This document shows positions 9,295-16,778 of a stretch of DNA of 32,000 nt, piece by piece; position 1 is the first letter of the stretch, and every line of letters begins with the position of its first letter. The position numbers and the translations under genes were made by a program. The notes below the pieces were generated by a model. That model saw only the letters and a list, made by a program, of their open reading frames with translations. It was not told the origin of the DNA and made no database searches. This stretch comes from Pseudoalteromonas translucida KMM 520 (GTDB lineage Bacteria; Pseudomonadota; Gammaproteobacteria; Enterobacterales; Alteromonadaceae), in contig NZ_CP011034.1 of assembly GCF_001465295.1 (NCBI RefSeq), positions 1,050,001 to 1,082,000 on the forward strand, given 5' to 3'.

Positions 9295-10399
9295 GTTAGG
9301 TTTAATTATAAACCCGCTAGCGGGTTTAGGTGGCACTGTAGCGTTAAAAGGTAGCGATGGCGCAGCAACTGCAGCCAAAGCACTAGCACTTGGCGCTCAG
9401 CCTAAAGCAAATAGTCGTACAAAAGCCGCGCTTGAAGTATTGCTGCCTTATAAAAACCAATTAACTATTTATACAGTAAATGGCGATATGGGCGAGCACT
9501 GCGCTAAAGCACTCGGCTTTAAGGTACAAGTAATATATAACAGCGATGCTATAACCACAGCCACCGACACAGAGCAGGCTGTGAAAGCACTTAAAGAGCT
9601 TGGTGTAGATTTAGTTTTATTTGCTGGAGGCGACGGCACAGCGCGTAATGTTTGTCATGCTGTTGAGGATACAATACCCGTACTGGGTATTCCTGCTGGC
9701 TGTAAAATACATTCAGGGGTATATGCAATCACGCCAAAAGCAGCAGGGCGTGTAGTCGAAATGCTGGTAAAAGGCGATTTAGTTACCTTAGGTGACGCCG
9801 ATGTAATGGACATTGACGAAGAGGCATTTAGACAAGGCACAGTTAAAGCAAAACGTTATGGCGAAATGCAAGTACCAAGCGAAGTACGTTACATGCAAGC
9901 AGTTAAAAATGGCGGTAAAGAAACCGACGAGTTAGTGCTTGTAGATATTGCCGCCTATGTGGTGAGTGAAATGGATGAGGACACTTTTTACATTATGGGC
10001 AGTGGCTCAACCGTTGCTGCAGTGATGGAAGAAATGGGGCTAGAAAATACACTTTTAGGTGTCGATTTAGTTAAAGATCAAACACTCATAGCGCAAGACC
10101 TAACTGCAGCGCAATTACTTGAACATACGCAAGGGCAAAAAACTAAATTAGTGATCACCTTAATTGGCGGCCAAGGACATATTTTTGGTCGTGGTAATCA
10201 ACAGCTTAGCCCCGCGCTTATTCGCGCTATTGGCACTAATAACATTATAGTAGTAGCTACAAAAACAAAATTACAGGCTTTAGATGGCCGCCCACTTATT
10301 TGTGACACCGGCGATAGTAGTTTAGATGATGAACTAACCGGTTATATTAAAGTTACATGCGGATTTAACGACCACATTATGTATGCAGTCGGGTATTAA
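9284..10399 (+). CDS. ATP-NAD kinase / AcoX-like family protein, function unknown
   Basis: 371 aa from ATG 9284, with an AAGGAG RBS at 9271-9276. It has a GGDGT nucleotide-binding motif (VLFAGGDGTARNV). The ORF-track start at 9242 lies inside epmC and lacks an RBS. The ATG overlaps the epmC 3' end by 11 nt. Confidence 0.8.
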   Translation: MQFKLGLIINPLAGLGGTVALKGSDGAATAAKALALGAQPKANSRTKAALEVLLPYKNQLTIYTVNGDMGEHCAKALGFKVQVIYNSDAITTATDTEQAVKALKELGVDLVLFAGGDGTARNVCHAVEDTIPVLGIPAGCKIHSGVYAITPKAAGRVVEMLVKGDLVTLGDADVMDIDEEAFRQGTVKAKRYGEMQVPSEVRYMQAVKNGGKETDELVLVDIAAYVVSEMDEDTFYIMGSGSTVAAVMEEMGLENTLLGVDLVKDQTLIAQDLTAAQLLEHTQGQKTKLVITLIGGQGHIFGRGNQQLSPALIRAIGTNNIIVVATKTKLQALDGRPLICDTGDSSLDDELTGYIKVTCGFNDHIMYAVGY

Positions 10400-10429
10400 T
10401 ACCCATTGCAAAACCAGGAGACAGAATAA

Positions 10430-10705
10430 ATGAGTTTAGTAAACTATATTGATGCAGCCCAACACTATTTTGATGATTTAGTGACTAAAGCCACCGATGA
10501 TGAATTATTTGCAGGAGGCTATTTGCGAGGTCACTTTGACTTAGCAGTAGGGTATGCGCAAGTAGAAAAGCTAACTATTAGCACAGATGAACTTAACGAA
10601 ACCGTAGAGCAAAGCTTAGTGAAGGCTTATCATAATGGTGAACTTAATGAAGATGACAAAACCCTTGTTGCTCGTTTGTGGGAAGAAGTAAAAGCATTGG
10701 CCTGA
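10430..10705 (+). CDS. yfcL: YfcL family protein
   Basis: 91-aa ORF with DDELFAGGYLRGH and C-terminal LVARLWEE, matching E. coli YfcL as recalled. AGGAG RBS at 10415-10419. Confidence 0.88.
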   Translation: MSLVNYIDAAQHYFDDLVTKATDDELFAGGYLRGHFDLAVGYAQVEKLTISTDELNETVEQSLVKAYHNGELNEDDKTLVARLWEEVKALA

Positions 10706-10728
10706 GTAAACCTAGGCTAAAACTAATT

Positions 10729-10764
10729 AAAACGCGATACGCTACTGGCTTATCGCGTTTTTTT
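10729..10764 (+). terminator. rho-independent terminator after yfcL
   Basis: AAAACGCGATA-11 nt loop-TATCGCGTTTTTTT. Confidence 0.85.
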
Positions 10765-10865
10765 GCTTAAAAGTATTGATATGAGGGAGTTAGCCTCAGG
10801 TTAATTTACTGTTGTGTAAAGATAGGATATGGTTATTGAAAATATGATTTAGAGAGCTTTAAAGA

Positions 10866-12422
10866 ATGAATAATAACCAAAGTGCAGTGCCAACTGGTTT
10901 AATTGCACGATTTTTAAATTTTGTTGAACGGGTAGGTAATAAGCTTCCTGATCCGGCCATTATATTTTTGTTTGCCATGTTACTAATTTGGTTTTTGTCG
11001 TGGTGGTTTTCAGGCGTAAGCTTTGATGCAATAGATCCACGTACCGGCGAAGCCATTATTATCAATAATATGTTAGCAAGTGATTCGCTCGCCACCTTTT
11101 TATCCTCTATGGTAAAAACCTTTACCGGCTTTGCCCCCTTAGGCGTAGTGTTAGTGGCTATGTTAGGTGTGGGTGTTGCAGAGCATTCGGGCTTTATTAA
11201 TACCGGACTTAAGCTAATGCTTAAAGTGACTCCTAAAAAGTTATTAACGCCTTCAATTATTTTAGTGGCCATTGTAAGCCATACCGCAACTGATGCAGGT
11301 TATGTGTTAGTTATTCCACTAGCTGGGGTTATATTTTATGCTGCAGGGCGCCATCCGCTTGCGGGTATAGCTGCTGCATTTGCGGGTGTGAGTGGTGGTT
11401 TTGGGGCTAACTTTATTCCATCGGGTATCGACCCATTACTACAAAGTTTTACCCAAAGTGCGGCGCAAATAATTAATCCTGCAATGACAATTAACCCGTT
11501 AAATAACTGGGCATTTGCTTCAGCGTCTAGCTTATTTATAGTGGCATTAGGCTGGTACATTACCGATAAAATTATAGAACCACGTTTACAAAAAACCGCG
11601 GTAGATGGTGCTAAAGAAGATTTACCCGTATTTGAAGATGCTCGCAGTGATGAAAAACGTGCATTTATAATTGCCAGTTCAGTTATGGTTGCAGGCCTTG
11701 CGCTACTTGCTTATGTATCGGCAGATAGTAACTCGGCAATGCGCAGCAGCGATGGCTCGTTAACTAATTTTAGCTCGCCATTAATGCAATCCATCGTACC
11801 GTTAATCTTTTTATTATTTTGGATACCCGGCGCGGTTTACGGCTTTACCGTAGGCACCTTCAAAACCTCTAAAGACATGATAGATGCCATGAGTAAAGCG
11901 ATGAGCGGCATGGCATATTATATTGTAATGGCATTTTTCTGTTCGTTATTTATTGCCGCATTTAGTAAATCAAACTTAGGTGCATTACTAGCAATCGAAG
12001 GCGCGCAGTTATTAAAAGCAATGGAATTGCCAAGTGCAGTAACGGTTGTGGGAATTATCTTTTTAACCGGTTTTGTTAACTTATTTGTAGGTTCAAGTTC
12101 AGCAAAATGGGCATTACTTGGCCCCATATTTGTACCTATGCTAATGCAACTTGGTATTTCGCCAGACTTAACTCAAGCGGCTTATCGTGTTGGTGACTCA
12201 AGCTCTAATATTATTACACCGTTAATGCCCTATTTCCCATTAGTGGTGGTGTACTGTCAAAAGTATGTGAAAGGCACGGGTATAGGTACCTTAATTGCTA
12301 TTATGCTGCCGTACTCAATCGCCTTTATGATTGGCTGGAGTATATTTTTATTAGGTTACTGGGCACTTGGTATCCCACTAGGGCTTGATGCCAGCTACGT
12401 TTACCCAGCGCTAGCGCCTTAA
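10866..12422 (+). CDS. AbgT-family transporter (p-aminobenzoyl-glutamate / antimetabolite efflux family)
   Basis: 518-aa polytopic membrane ORF. N-terminal FLNFVERVGNKLPDPAIIF and the overall sequence are typical of AbgT/MtrF-family proteins. Confidence 0.85.
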   Translation: MNNNQSAVPTGLIARFLNFVERVGNKLPDPAIIFLFAMLLIWFLSWWFSGVSFDAIDPRTGEAIIINNMLASDSLATFLSSMVKTFTGFAPLGVVLVAMLGVGVAEHSGFINTGLKLMLKVTPKKLLTPSIILVAIVSHTATDAGYVLVIPLAGVIFYAAGRHPLAGIAAAFAGVSGGFGANFIPSGIDPLLQSFTQSAAQIINPAMTINPLNNWAFASASSLFIVALGWYITDKIIEPRLQKTAVDGAKEDLPVFEDARSDEKRAFIIASSVMVAGLALLAYVSADSNSAMRSSDGSLTNFSSPLMQSIVPLIFLLFWIPGAVYGFTVGTFKTSKDMIDAMSKAMSGMAYYIVMAFFCSLFIAAFSKSNLGALLAIEGAQLLKAMELPSAVTVVGIIFLTGFVNLFVGSSSAKWALLGPIFVPMLMQLGISPDLTQAAYRVGDSSSNIITPLMPYFPLVVVYCQKYVKGTGIGTLIAIMLPYSIAFMIGWSIFLLGYWALGIPLGLDASYVYPALAP

Positions 12423-12445
12423 CGTAAAAAAATAGGTAATATAGT

Positions 12446-12479
12446 AAAAGCCTCATCATGAAATTGGTGGGGCTTTTTT
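12446..12479 (+). terminator. rho-independent terminator after the AbgT gene
   Basis: AAAAGCCTCA-loop-TGGGGCTTTTTT, with one G-U pair in the stem. Confidence 0.7.
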
Positions 12480-12770
12480 GTGTTAAGAGATTAGATTTAA
12501 CCGTAGGGCAAACACTGTAACCCGAATAAAGTACCCCCAATAAAAGTAATGCCAATAAAAGTAACTATGGCATTGCCTTCCTCATTTACTGCTCATTGTC
12601 TGCTCTTTGTGTAAATGCTTTTAAGTGAGTTATTCACCAAGAGGATAGGAGACGCTGCGCTTTAGAGAAGTAATAGAACAGTGAAGGTAAGAAAGGGGTA
12701 TGCAGGTGATAATTTAGCTGTGAGGTAGAAAAAAACGCCAAGCCTACTTTATTAGGGATTATTATTGTCT

Positions 12771-12814
12771 GCCTAGAGCCTAGAGCCTAGAGCCTAGAGC
12801 CTAGAGCCTAGAGC
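12771..12814. repeat. perfect heptanucleotide microsatellite (GCCTAGA)x6 plus GC
   Basis: Read directly from the sequence: six perfect head-to-tail 7-nt units. Every unit contains CTAG, and the array places TAG in all three frames on both strands. Confidence 0.97.
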
Positions 12815-12828
12815 TTTATTTTAGGCAC

Positions 12829-12864
12829 AAAAAAACCTTGCTCACTTACGTGGCAAGGTTTTTA
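12829..12864. terminator. bidirectional rho-independent terminator (serves deaD; also usable from the + strand)
   Basis: AAAAACCTTGC-11 nt-GCAAGGTTTTT forms a perfect 11-bp stem flanked by an A7 run on the left and a T5 run on the right. It lies 16 nt downstream of the deaD stop. Confidence 0.85.
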
Positions 12865-12879
12865 TTAAAGAGTCGTTGC

Positions 12880-14742
12880 TTATTTCGGCGTTGTAAAGCT
12901 TACTGGGCGACGTTCTTTACGAGGACCGCTGCGCTTATCACCGCGTGCGCTGTCATCTTTATTAAAGCTGCGTTTTTCGCCGCCAGCTGGACGCTCAGAG
13001 CGTTCGCTGCGTGGCTCAGCAGGACCTTGATCAGCAGTGATTGTTAAGCCCATAGGACGTTTACAAATAAACACTTTTTGGAAATGATCAAGTACATCTT
13101 TAGGCATGTTTTTCGGTAATTGAACCGTACTGTGATTATCGTGTAGACGAATATCACCAATAAACTTGCTTGAAATGTCTGCTTCGTTAGCAATAGCGCC
13201 AACAATGTTCTTAACCTGAACACCATGTTCACGACCTACTTCGATACGGTATGTATCCATAGGACCTGCATCACGGCTGTTACGCTCACGAGGTTTACGT
13301 TCAGCGCGCTCGCCACCACGTTCACCGCCGCGCTCACCACCACGTTCGTTACGACGACCACGATCACCACGGTCATTGCTACGTGGGTTACGATCATTGC
13401 GCTCGTTACGTTCGCGAGGTTGAATCTTAACTTCTTCAACCTTAATTGGTGATTGTTGCTGTGCTAAACACAGTAACGCACCAGCAAGGTCTTCAGCAGA
13501 AAGTTCAAGCTTTTGAGCCATGTTTGCTGCTACTTCATTAAAGAAAGTAATATCTTTGTTTTCAAGAGCAAGTGTTAACTTGGCTTGTAACGCTTCGATA
13601 CGTTTTTCTTCAACAATTTTAGCTGTTGGTAATTCAACTTGTGCAATATCTGAATTCGTATGACGAATGATATTTTTAAGTAAATAACGTTCGTTATGTT
13701 TTACGAATAAAATTGCTTTACCAGTACGACCAGCACGACCTGTACGACCGATACGGTGAACGTAGGCTTCCGAATCTTGTGGAATATCGTAGTTGATAAC
13801 TAAACTTAAACGGTCAACATCTAGACCACGTGCCGCTACGTCTGTTGCAATAACAACATTTAGCATGCCGCTTTTTAAGCGCTCTACAGTGCGTTCACGT
13901 GCTTGCTGGTTCATGTCACCGTTAAGTGGAGCGGCAGAGAAACCTTCGCGCTCTAATAATTCAGCAAGTTGTACTGTATCGTTACGCGTACGTACGAAAA
14001 CAATAGCGCCTTCATATTGCTCAGCTTCTAAAAAGCGAACAATGGCTTTATTTTTATGAATGCTTGCATTCCAAAACACTTGCTCTACTGATGAAACAGT
14101 TGAGTTACGCGCAGAGATATGAACCTGTTCAGGATTGTTCATATACTTGCTGCTGATGTTTTGAATTTGCTTAGGCATGGTCGCAGAGAAAAGACATGTT
14201 TGCTTTTCGCGCGGTGTTTTTTCCATGATGCTTTCTACATCATCGATAAAGCCCATACGTAACATTTCATCGGCTTCATCAAGTACAAGTGCTTGTAAAG
14301 CATCAAACTTGATAGTGCCACGGTTAATATGATCGATTAAGCGACCTGGAGTAGCTACGATAACTTGCGCGCCACGACGAAGTGCACTTAGTTGGATACT
14401 GTAGCTTTGGCCACCATAAAGTGCCAATACTTCAATACCACGAACATGTTTAGCATATTGTTCAAATGCCTCAGCAACTTGGATCGCAAGCTCACGGGTT
14501 GGTGTGAGTACAAGGATCTGTGGCTGTTTCACAGACGGGTCAATATTATTTAATAGTGGTAGTGCAAATGCTGCGGTTTTACCTGTACCCGTTTGAGCTA
14601 GTCCCAGTACGTCCTTTCTTTCTAGCAATAACGGTATACATTGAGCTTGGATTTCAGATGGTGTCTTGTAACCCAACTCTTCAACTGCCTTCAAAATTGC
14701 AGGAGAAAGATTTAGAGATTCAAACGTGACTGGTTCTGACAT
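12880..14742 (-). CDS. deaD: DEAD-box ATP-dependent RNA helicase DeaD/CsdA
   Basis: 620-aa ORF with Q-motif/AQTGTGKT, DEADEM, SAT and HRIGRTGRAG motifs. It has a DbpA-like C-terminal RNA-binding domain (YRIEVGREHGV...) preceded by an Arg/Glu/Gly-rich linker. Confidence 0.96.
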   Translation of the reverse strand: MSEPVTFESLNLSPAILKAVEELGYKTPSEIQAQCIPLLLERKDVLGLAQTGTGKTAAFALPLLNNIDPSVKQPQILVLTPTRELAIQVAEAFEQYAKHVRGIEVLALYGGQSYSIQLSALRRGAQVIVATPGRLIDHINRGTIKFDALQALVLDEADEMLRMGFIDDVESIMEKTPREKQTCLFSATMPKQIQNISSKYMNNPEQVHISARNSTVSSVEQVFWNASIHKNKAIVRFLEAEQYEGAIVFVRTRNDTVQLAELLEREGFSAAPLNGDMNQQARERTVERLKSGMLNVVIATDVAARGLDVDRLSLVINYDIPQDSEAYVHRIGRTGRAGRTGKAILFVKHNERYLLKNIIRHTNSDIAQVELPTAKIVEEKRIEALQAKLTLALENKDITFFNEVAANMAQKLELSAEDLAGALLCLAQQQSPIKVEEVKIQPRERNERNDRNPRSNDRGDRGRRNERGGERGGERGGERAERKPRERNSRDAGPMDTYRIEVGREHGVQVKNIVGAIANEADISSKFIGDIRLHDNHSTVQLPKNMPKDVLDHFQKVFICKRPMGLTITADQGPAEPRSERSERPAGGEKRSFNKDDSARGDKRSGPRKERRPVSFTTPK

Positions 14743-14902
14743 TAATACGCCTCAACGAATTTAAAGAGGCGCGCATTATAAAGGATAAATGCGGTAAATG
14801 CTTGTAGAAATTACAACTAATTTATAGGTGGTTGATGTTGGTCGAAATTTAACCAGCTAAGTAACTTAATTATTTAACTGGTTAACATATTTGATACAGA
14901 AC

Positions 14903-15166
14903 TTATTGATAAAGTCCAAGATTCTCTTTGGCGTAGGCTTCAAACTCAGTAAAACCACCAATGTGTTTTTGGTCTACAAAGATTTGTGGCACTGTTGGGC
15001 AAGGTTTGCCGGCAGACTTCTCAAGATCGTCTTTACTTATGCCTTCTTTAATAATGTCGATGTAGCGAAATTTAAAATCATCACGTTCATTTGATAGTTG
15101 CTCTGCTACGTCTTTAGCACGAACACAAAATGGGCAGCCTTCACGACCAAAAATTACAGTTAACAT
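14903..15166 (-). CDS. grxA: glutaredoxin 1
   Basis: 87-aa ORF with a CPFC active site. Near-collinear with E. coli GrxA (VIFGREGCPFCVRAKDVAEQLSNERDDF ... TVPQIFVDQKHIGGFTEF). Confidence 0.92.
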   Translation of the reverse strand: MLTVIFGREGCPFCVRAKDVAEQLSNERDDFKFRYIDIIKEGISKDDLEKSAGKPCPTVPQIFVDQKHIGGFTEFEAYAKENLGLYQ

Positions 15167-15353
15167 AGTGAACTCCTTAATTAAATTGCTACTAGTGTAA
15201 CCAATTCAGTTAAATATTAAAGAGCAAACAAGCGATTAAGCTGTTCGCTTTTATTGATATGCTTTAGGGAGCAGCGTTTTTAAATAATCGCTACTGTTAT
15301 TGGGCGCTTAATGTGGTGTTAAAAGTAAAATAAATAATTTTTTGAAAAAGTAT

Positions 15354-15381
15354 CTTGAAAACAATTTTGCAGTCCATATAT
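15354..15381 (+). promoter_or_regulatory. sigma32 (RpoH)-type heat-shock promoter of ibpA copy 1
   Basis: CTTGAAA (15354-15360) plus GTCCATATA (15372-15380), compared with consensus CTTGAA-N13-15-CCCCATnT. The spacing is 1-2 nt shorter than in classical examples. Confidence 0.6.
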
Positions 15382-15487
15382 AGATAAGTAGAGGACGCCT
15401 GATGGGTCCTTGTTAAACAGAAGTAATTGAAATTTATATTATTAATTAAACTTCATTTGTGTTTGTTCACTAGAAAAGCACAACTGA

Positions 15488-15512
15488 AATATCGCTTAAA
15501 TATGAGGATATT
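15488..15512 (+). promoter_or_regulatory. ROSE-like RNA thermometer hairpin sequestering the ibpA Shine-Dalgarno
   Basis: AAUAUCGCUU-aaauau-GAGGAUAUU. UCGCU pairs with AGGA of the SD with G15494 bulged, which is the hallmark U(U/C)GCU ROSE arrangement. The AUG lies 4 nt after the stem. Confidence 0.6.
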
Positions 15513-15515
15513 ATT

Positions 15516-15962
15516 ATGCGTACAGTAGATTTATCACCCCTTTATCGTTCATTCATCGGTTTCGATCATTTAGCGTCTTTAATGGATGCGGCAGCAAGTT
15601 CAGATAAGCAGCCAAGCTTTCCTCCTTACAATATCGAAGCGCTCGATAAAGACAAATATAGAATCACTATGGCGGTTGCTGGTTTTAGTAATAGCGAACT
15701 GACAATCGAGTCAGAAAATAACACCCTAAAAGTTAGCGGGGTTAAACAAAGTAAAGACGATAGTAAAGAGCGTAAATTTATTCACCAAGGCATTGCAGAT
15801 CGCAACTTTGAGCGTAAGTTTCAGTTAGGAGATCATGTAAGAGTTATCGCTGCTGATTTAGCCCATGGTTTACTCAGCATAGATTTACAACGTGAAATAC
15901 CTGAAGCGTTAAAACCGCGCAAAATAGCAATCGGTGGCAATGATTTGCTCGAAGATAAGTAA
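15516..15962 (+). CDS. ibpA: small heat-shock protein IbpA (Hsp20/alpha-crystallin family), copy 1
   Basis: 148-aa ORF: DLSPLYRSFIGFD, PPYNIE, YRITMAVAGF, IHQGIADRNFERKFQL, matching E. coli IbpA as recalled. Confidence 0.93.
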   Translation: MRTVDLSPLYRSFIGFDHLASLMDAAASSDKQPSFPPYNIEALDKDKYRITMAVAGFSNSELTIESENNTLKVSGVKQSKDDSKERKFIHQGIADRNFERKFQLGDHVRVIAADLAHGLLSIDLQREIPEALKPRKIAIGGNDLLEDK

Positions 15963-15990
15963 GTCACTTTAAATATTTTCCACTGTTTTA

Positions 15991-16016
15991 GCCGCCTCGC
16001 TTGAGGCGGTATTTTT
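15991..16016 (+). terminator. rho-independent terminator of ibpA copy 1
   Basis: CCGCCTC-gctt-GAGGCGG followed by TATTTTT. Confidence 0.85.
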
Positions 16017-16090
16017 ACCATTGTAATTTATGTTTAACGACCTTGTTGTGTATTTTAAAAGAGTAAATTTAAAAAATTATTTGTTATTTG

Positions 16091-16118
16091 CTTGAAAACA
16101 ATTTTAACGTCCATATAT
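16091..16118 (+). promoter_or_regulatory. sigma32-type promoter of ibpA copy 2
   Basis: Same CTTGAAA and GTCCATATA elements as copy 1, with 3 substitutions in the spacer only. Confidence 0.6.
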
Positions 16119-16224
16119 AGATAAGTAGAGGACGCCTGATGGGTCCTTGTTAAACAGAAGTAATTGAAATTTATATTATTAATTAAACTTCATTTGTGTT
16201 TGTTCATTAGAAAAGCACAACTGA

Positions 16225-16249
16225 AATATCGCTTAAATATGAGGATATT
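16225..16249 (+). promoter_or_regulatory. ROSE-like RNA thermometer hairpin, copy 2
   Basis: Sequence identical to 15488-15512. Confidence 0.6.
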
Positions 16250-16252
16250 ATT

Positions 16253-16699
16253 ATGCGTACAGTAGATTTATCACCCCTTTATCGTTCATTCATCGGTTTC
16301 GATCATTTAGCGTCTTTAATGGATGCGGCAGCAAGTTCAGATAAGCAGCCAAGCTTTCCTCCTTACAATATCGAAGCGCTCGATAAAGACAAATACCGAA
16401 TTACTATGGCGGTTGCTGGTTTTAGCGAAAGCGAGCTGAGCATAGAGTCAGAAAACAACACACTAGTTGTTGCAGGTATTAAAACGGGTAAAGAGCAAGC
16501 CAGTGAGCGTAAATTTATTCATCAAGGTATTGCAGAGCGCAACTTTGAGCGTAAATTTCAGCTGGGGGATCACGTAAAAGTACTTGGTGCCGATTTAGCA
16601 AATGGCTTATTGAGCATTAACCTTGAACGCGAAATACCAGAAGCACTTAAGCCACGCAAAATTGAAATAGGCAGTGGTAGCCTTATAGAAGGCAAGTAA
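16253..16699 (+). CDS. small heat-shock protein, IbpA/IbpB family, copy 2
   Basis: 148-aa ORF. The first 58 residues are identical to copy 1, and the remainder is clearly diverged at both protein and synonymous sites. Confidence 0.93.
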   Translation: MRTVDLSPLYRSFIGFDHLASLMDAAASSDKQPSFPPYNIEALDKDKYRITMAVAGFSESELSIESENNTLVVAGIKTGKEQASERKFIHQGIAERNFERKFQLGDHVKVLGADLANGLLSINLEREIPEALKPRKIEIGSGSLIEGK

Positions 16700-16730
16700 T
16701 TTAAATAAGCTTAGTTTTGATTATCCCCGT

Positions 16731-16754
16731 AAAGCCGCTTTTTAGCGGCTTTTT
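16731..16754 (+). terminator. rho-independent terminator of ibpA copy 2
   Basis: AAAGCCGCT-tttt-AGCGGCTTTTT. Confidence 0.85.
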
Positions 16755-16778
16755 GCTGTTCAGATTAAAAGTTAAAAG

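Larger units (their letters stand above)
15354..15658 (+). repeat. near-identical duplicated tract, copy 1 (promoter, 5' UTR and first 143 nt of the ibpA CDS)
   Basis: 301 of 305 nt are identical to 16091-16395 (offset 737). The only differences are at 15369-15371 and 15470. Confidence 0.95.
16091..16395 (+). repeat. near-identical duplicated tract, copy 2
   Basis: Partner of 15354-15658. Confidence 0.95.

Noticed and set aside
10781-10804. 7-codon upstream ORF (MRELASG) before the AbgT gene, as a possible leader peptide
   Set aside because: It is too short, has no RBS and no obvious attenuator logic. The GAGGGAG inside it is more likely just SD-like sequence within a small hairpin.
10859-11272. 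137-aa ORF antisense to the AbgT gene, and similar antisense ORFs elsewhere (1623-1925, 6625-6957, 8039-8467, 11336-11560, 19384-19701, 24104-24463, 27122-27427)
   Set aside because: All are fully embedded opposite well-supported conserved genes, lack RBSs and have biased, non-protein-like composition.
12325-12555. 76-aa minus-strand ORF spanning the AbgT gene 3' end and the intergenic region
   Set aside because: It has no RBS, overlaps the AbgT gene antisense and crosses its terminator. The sequence is not protein-like.
12771-12814. Possible CRISPR array
   Set aside because: The units are 7 nt and directly abutting, with no spacers and no cas genes. This is a microsatellite, not a CRISPR.
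13225-13452. 75-aa (+) and 67-aa (-) ORFs within deaD
   Set aside because: They are artefacts of the repetitive Arg/Gly/Glu-coding segment of DeaD. The translations are Thr/Val homopolymer-like.
14749-14771. Hairpin CGCCTC-N12-GAGGCG sequestering the deaD Shine-Dalgarno, as a possible cold-responsive switch
   Set aside because: The stem is only 6 bp. SD occlusion would be stronger in the cold, which is the opposite of the expected cold induction, and I could not place a convincing promoter. There is too little to claim.
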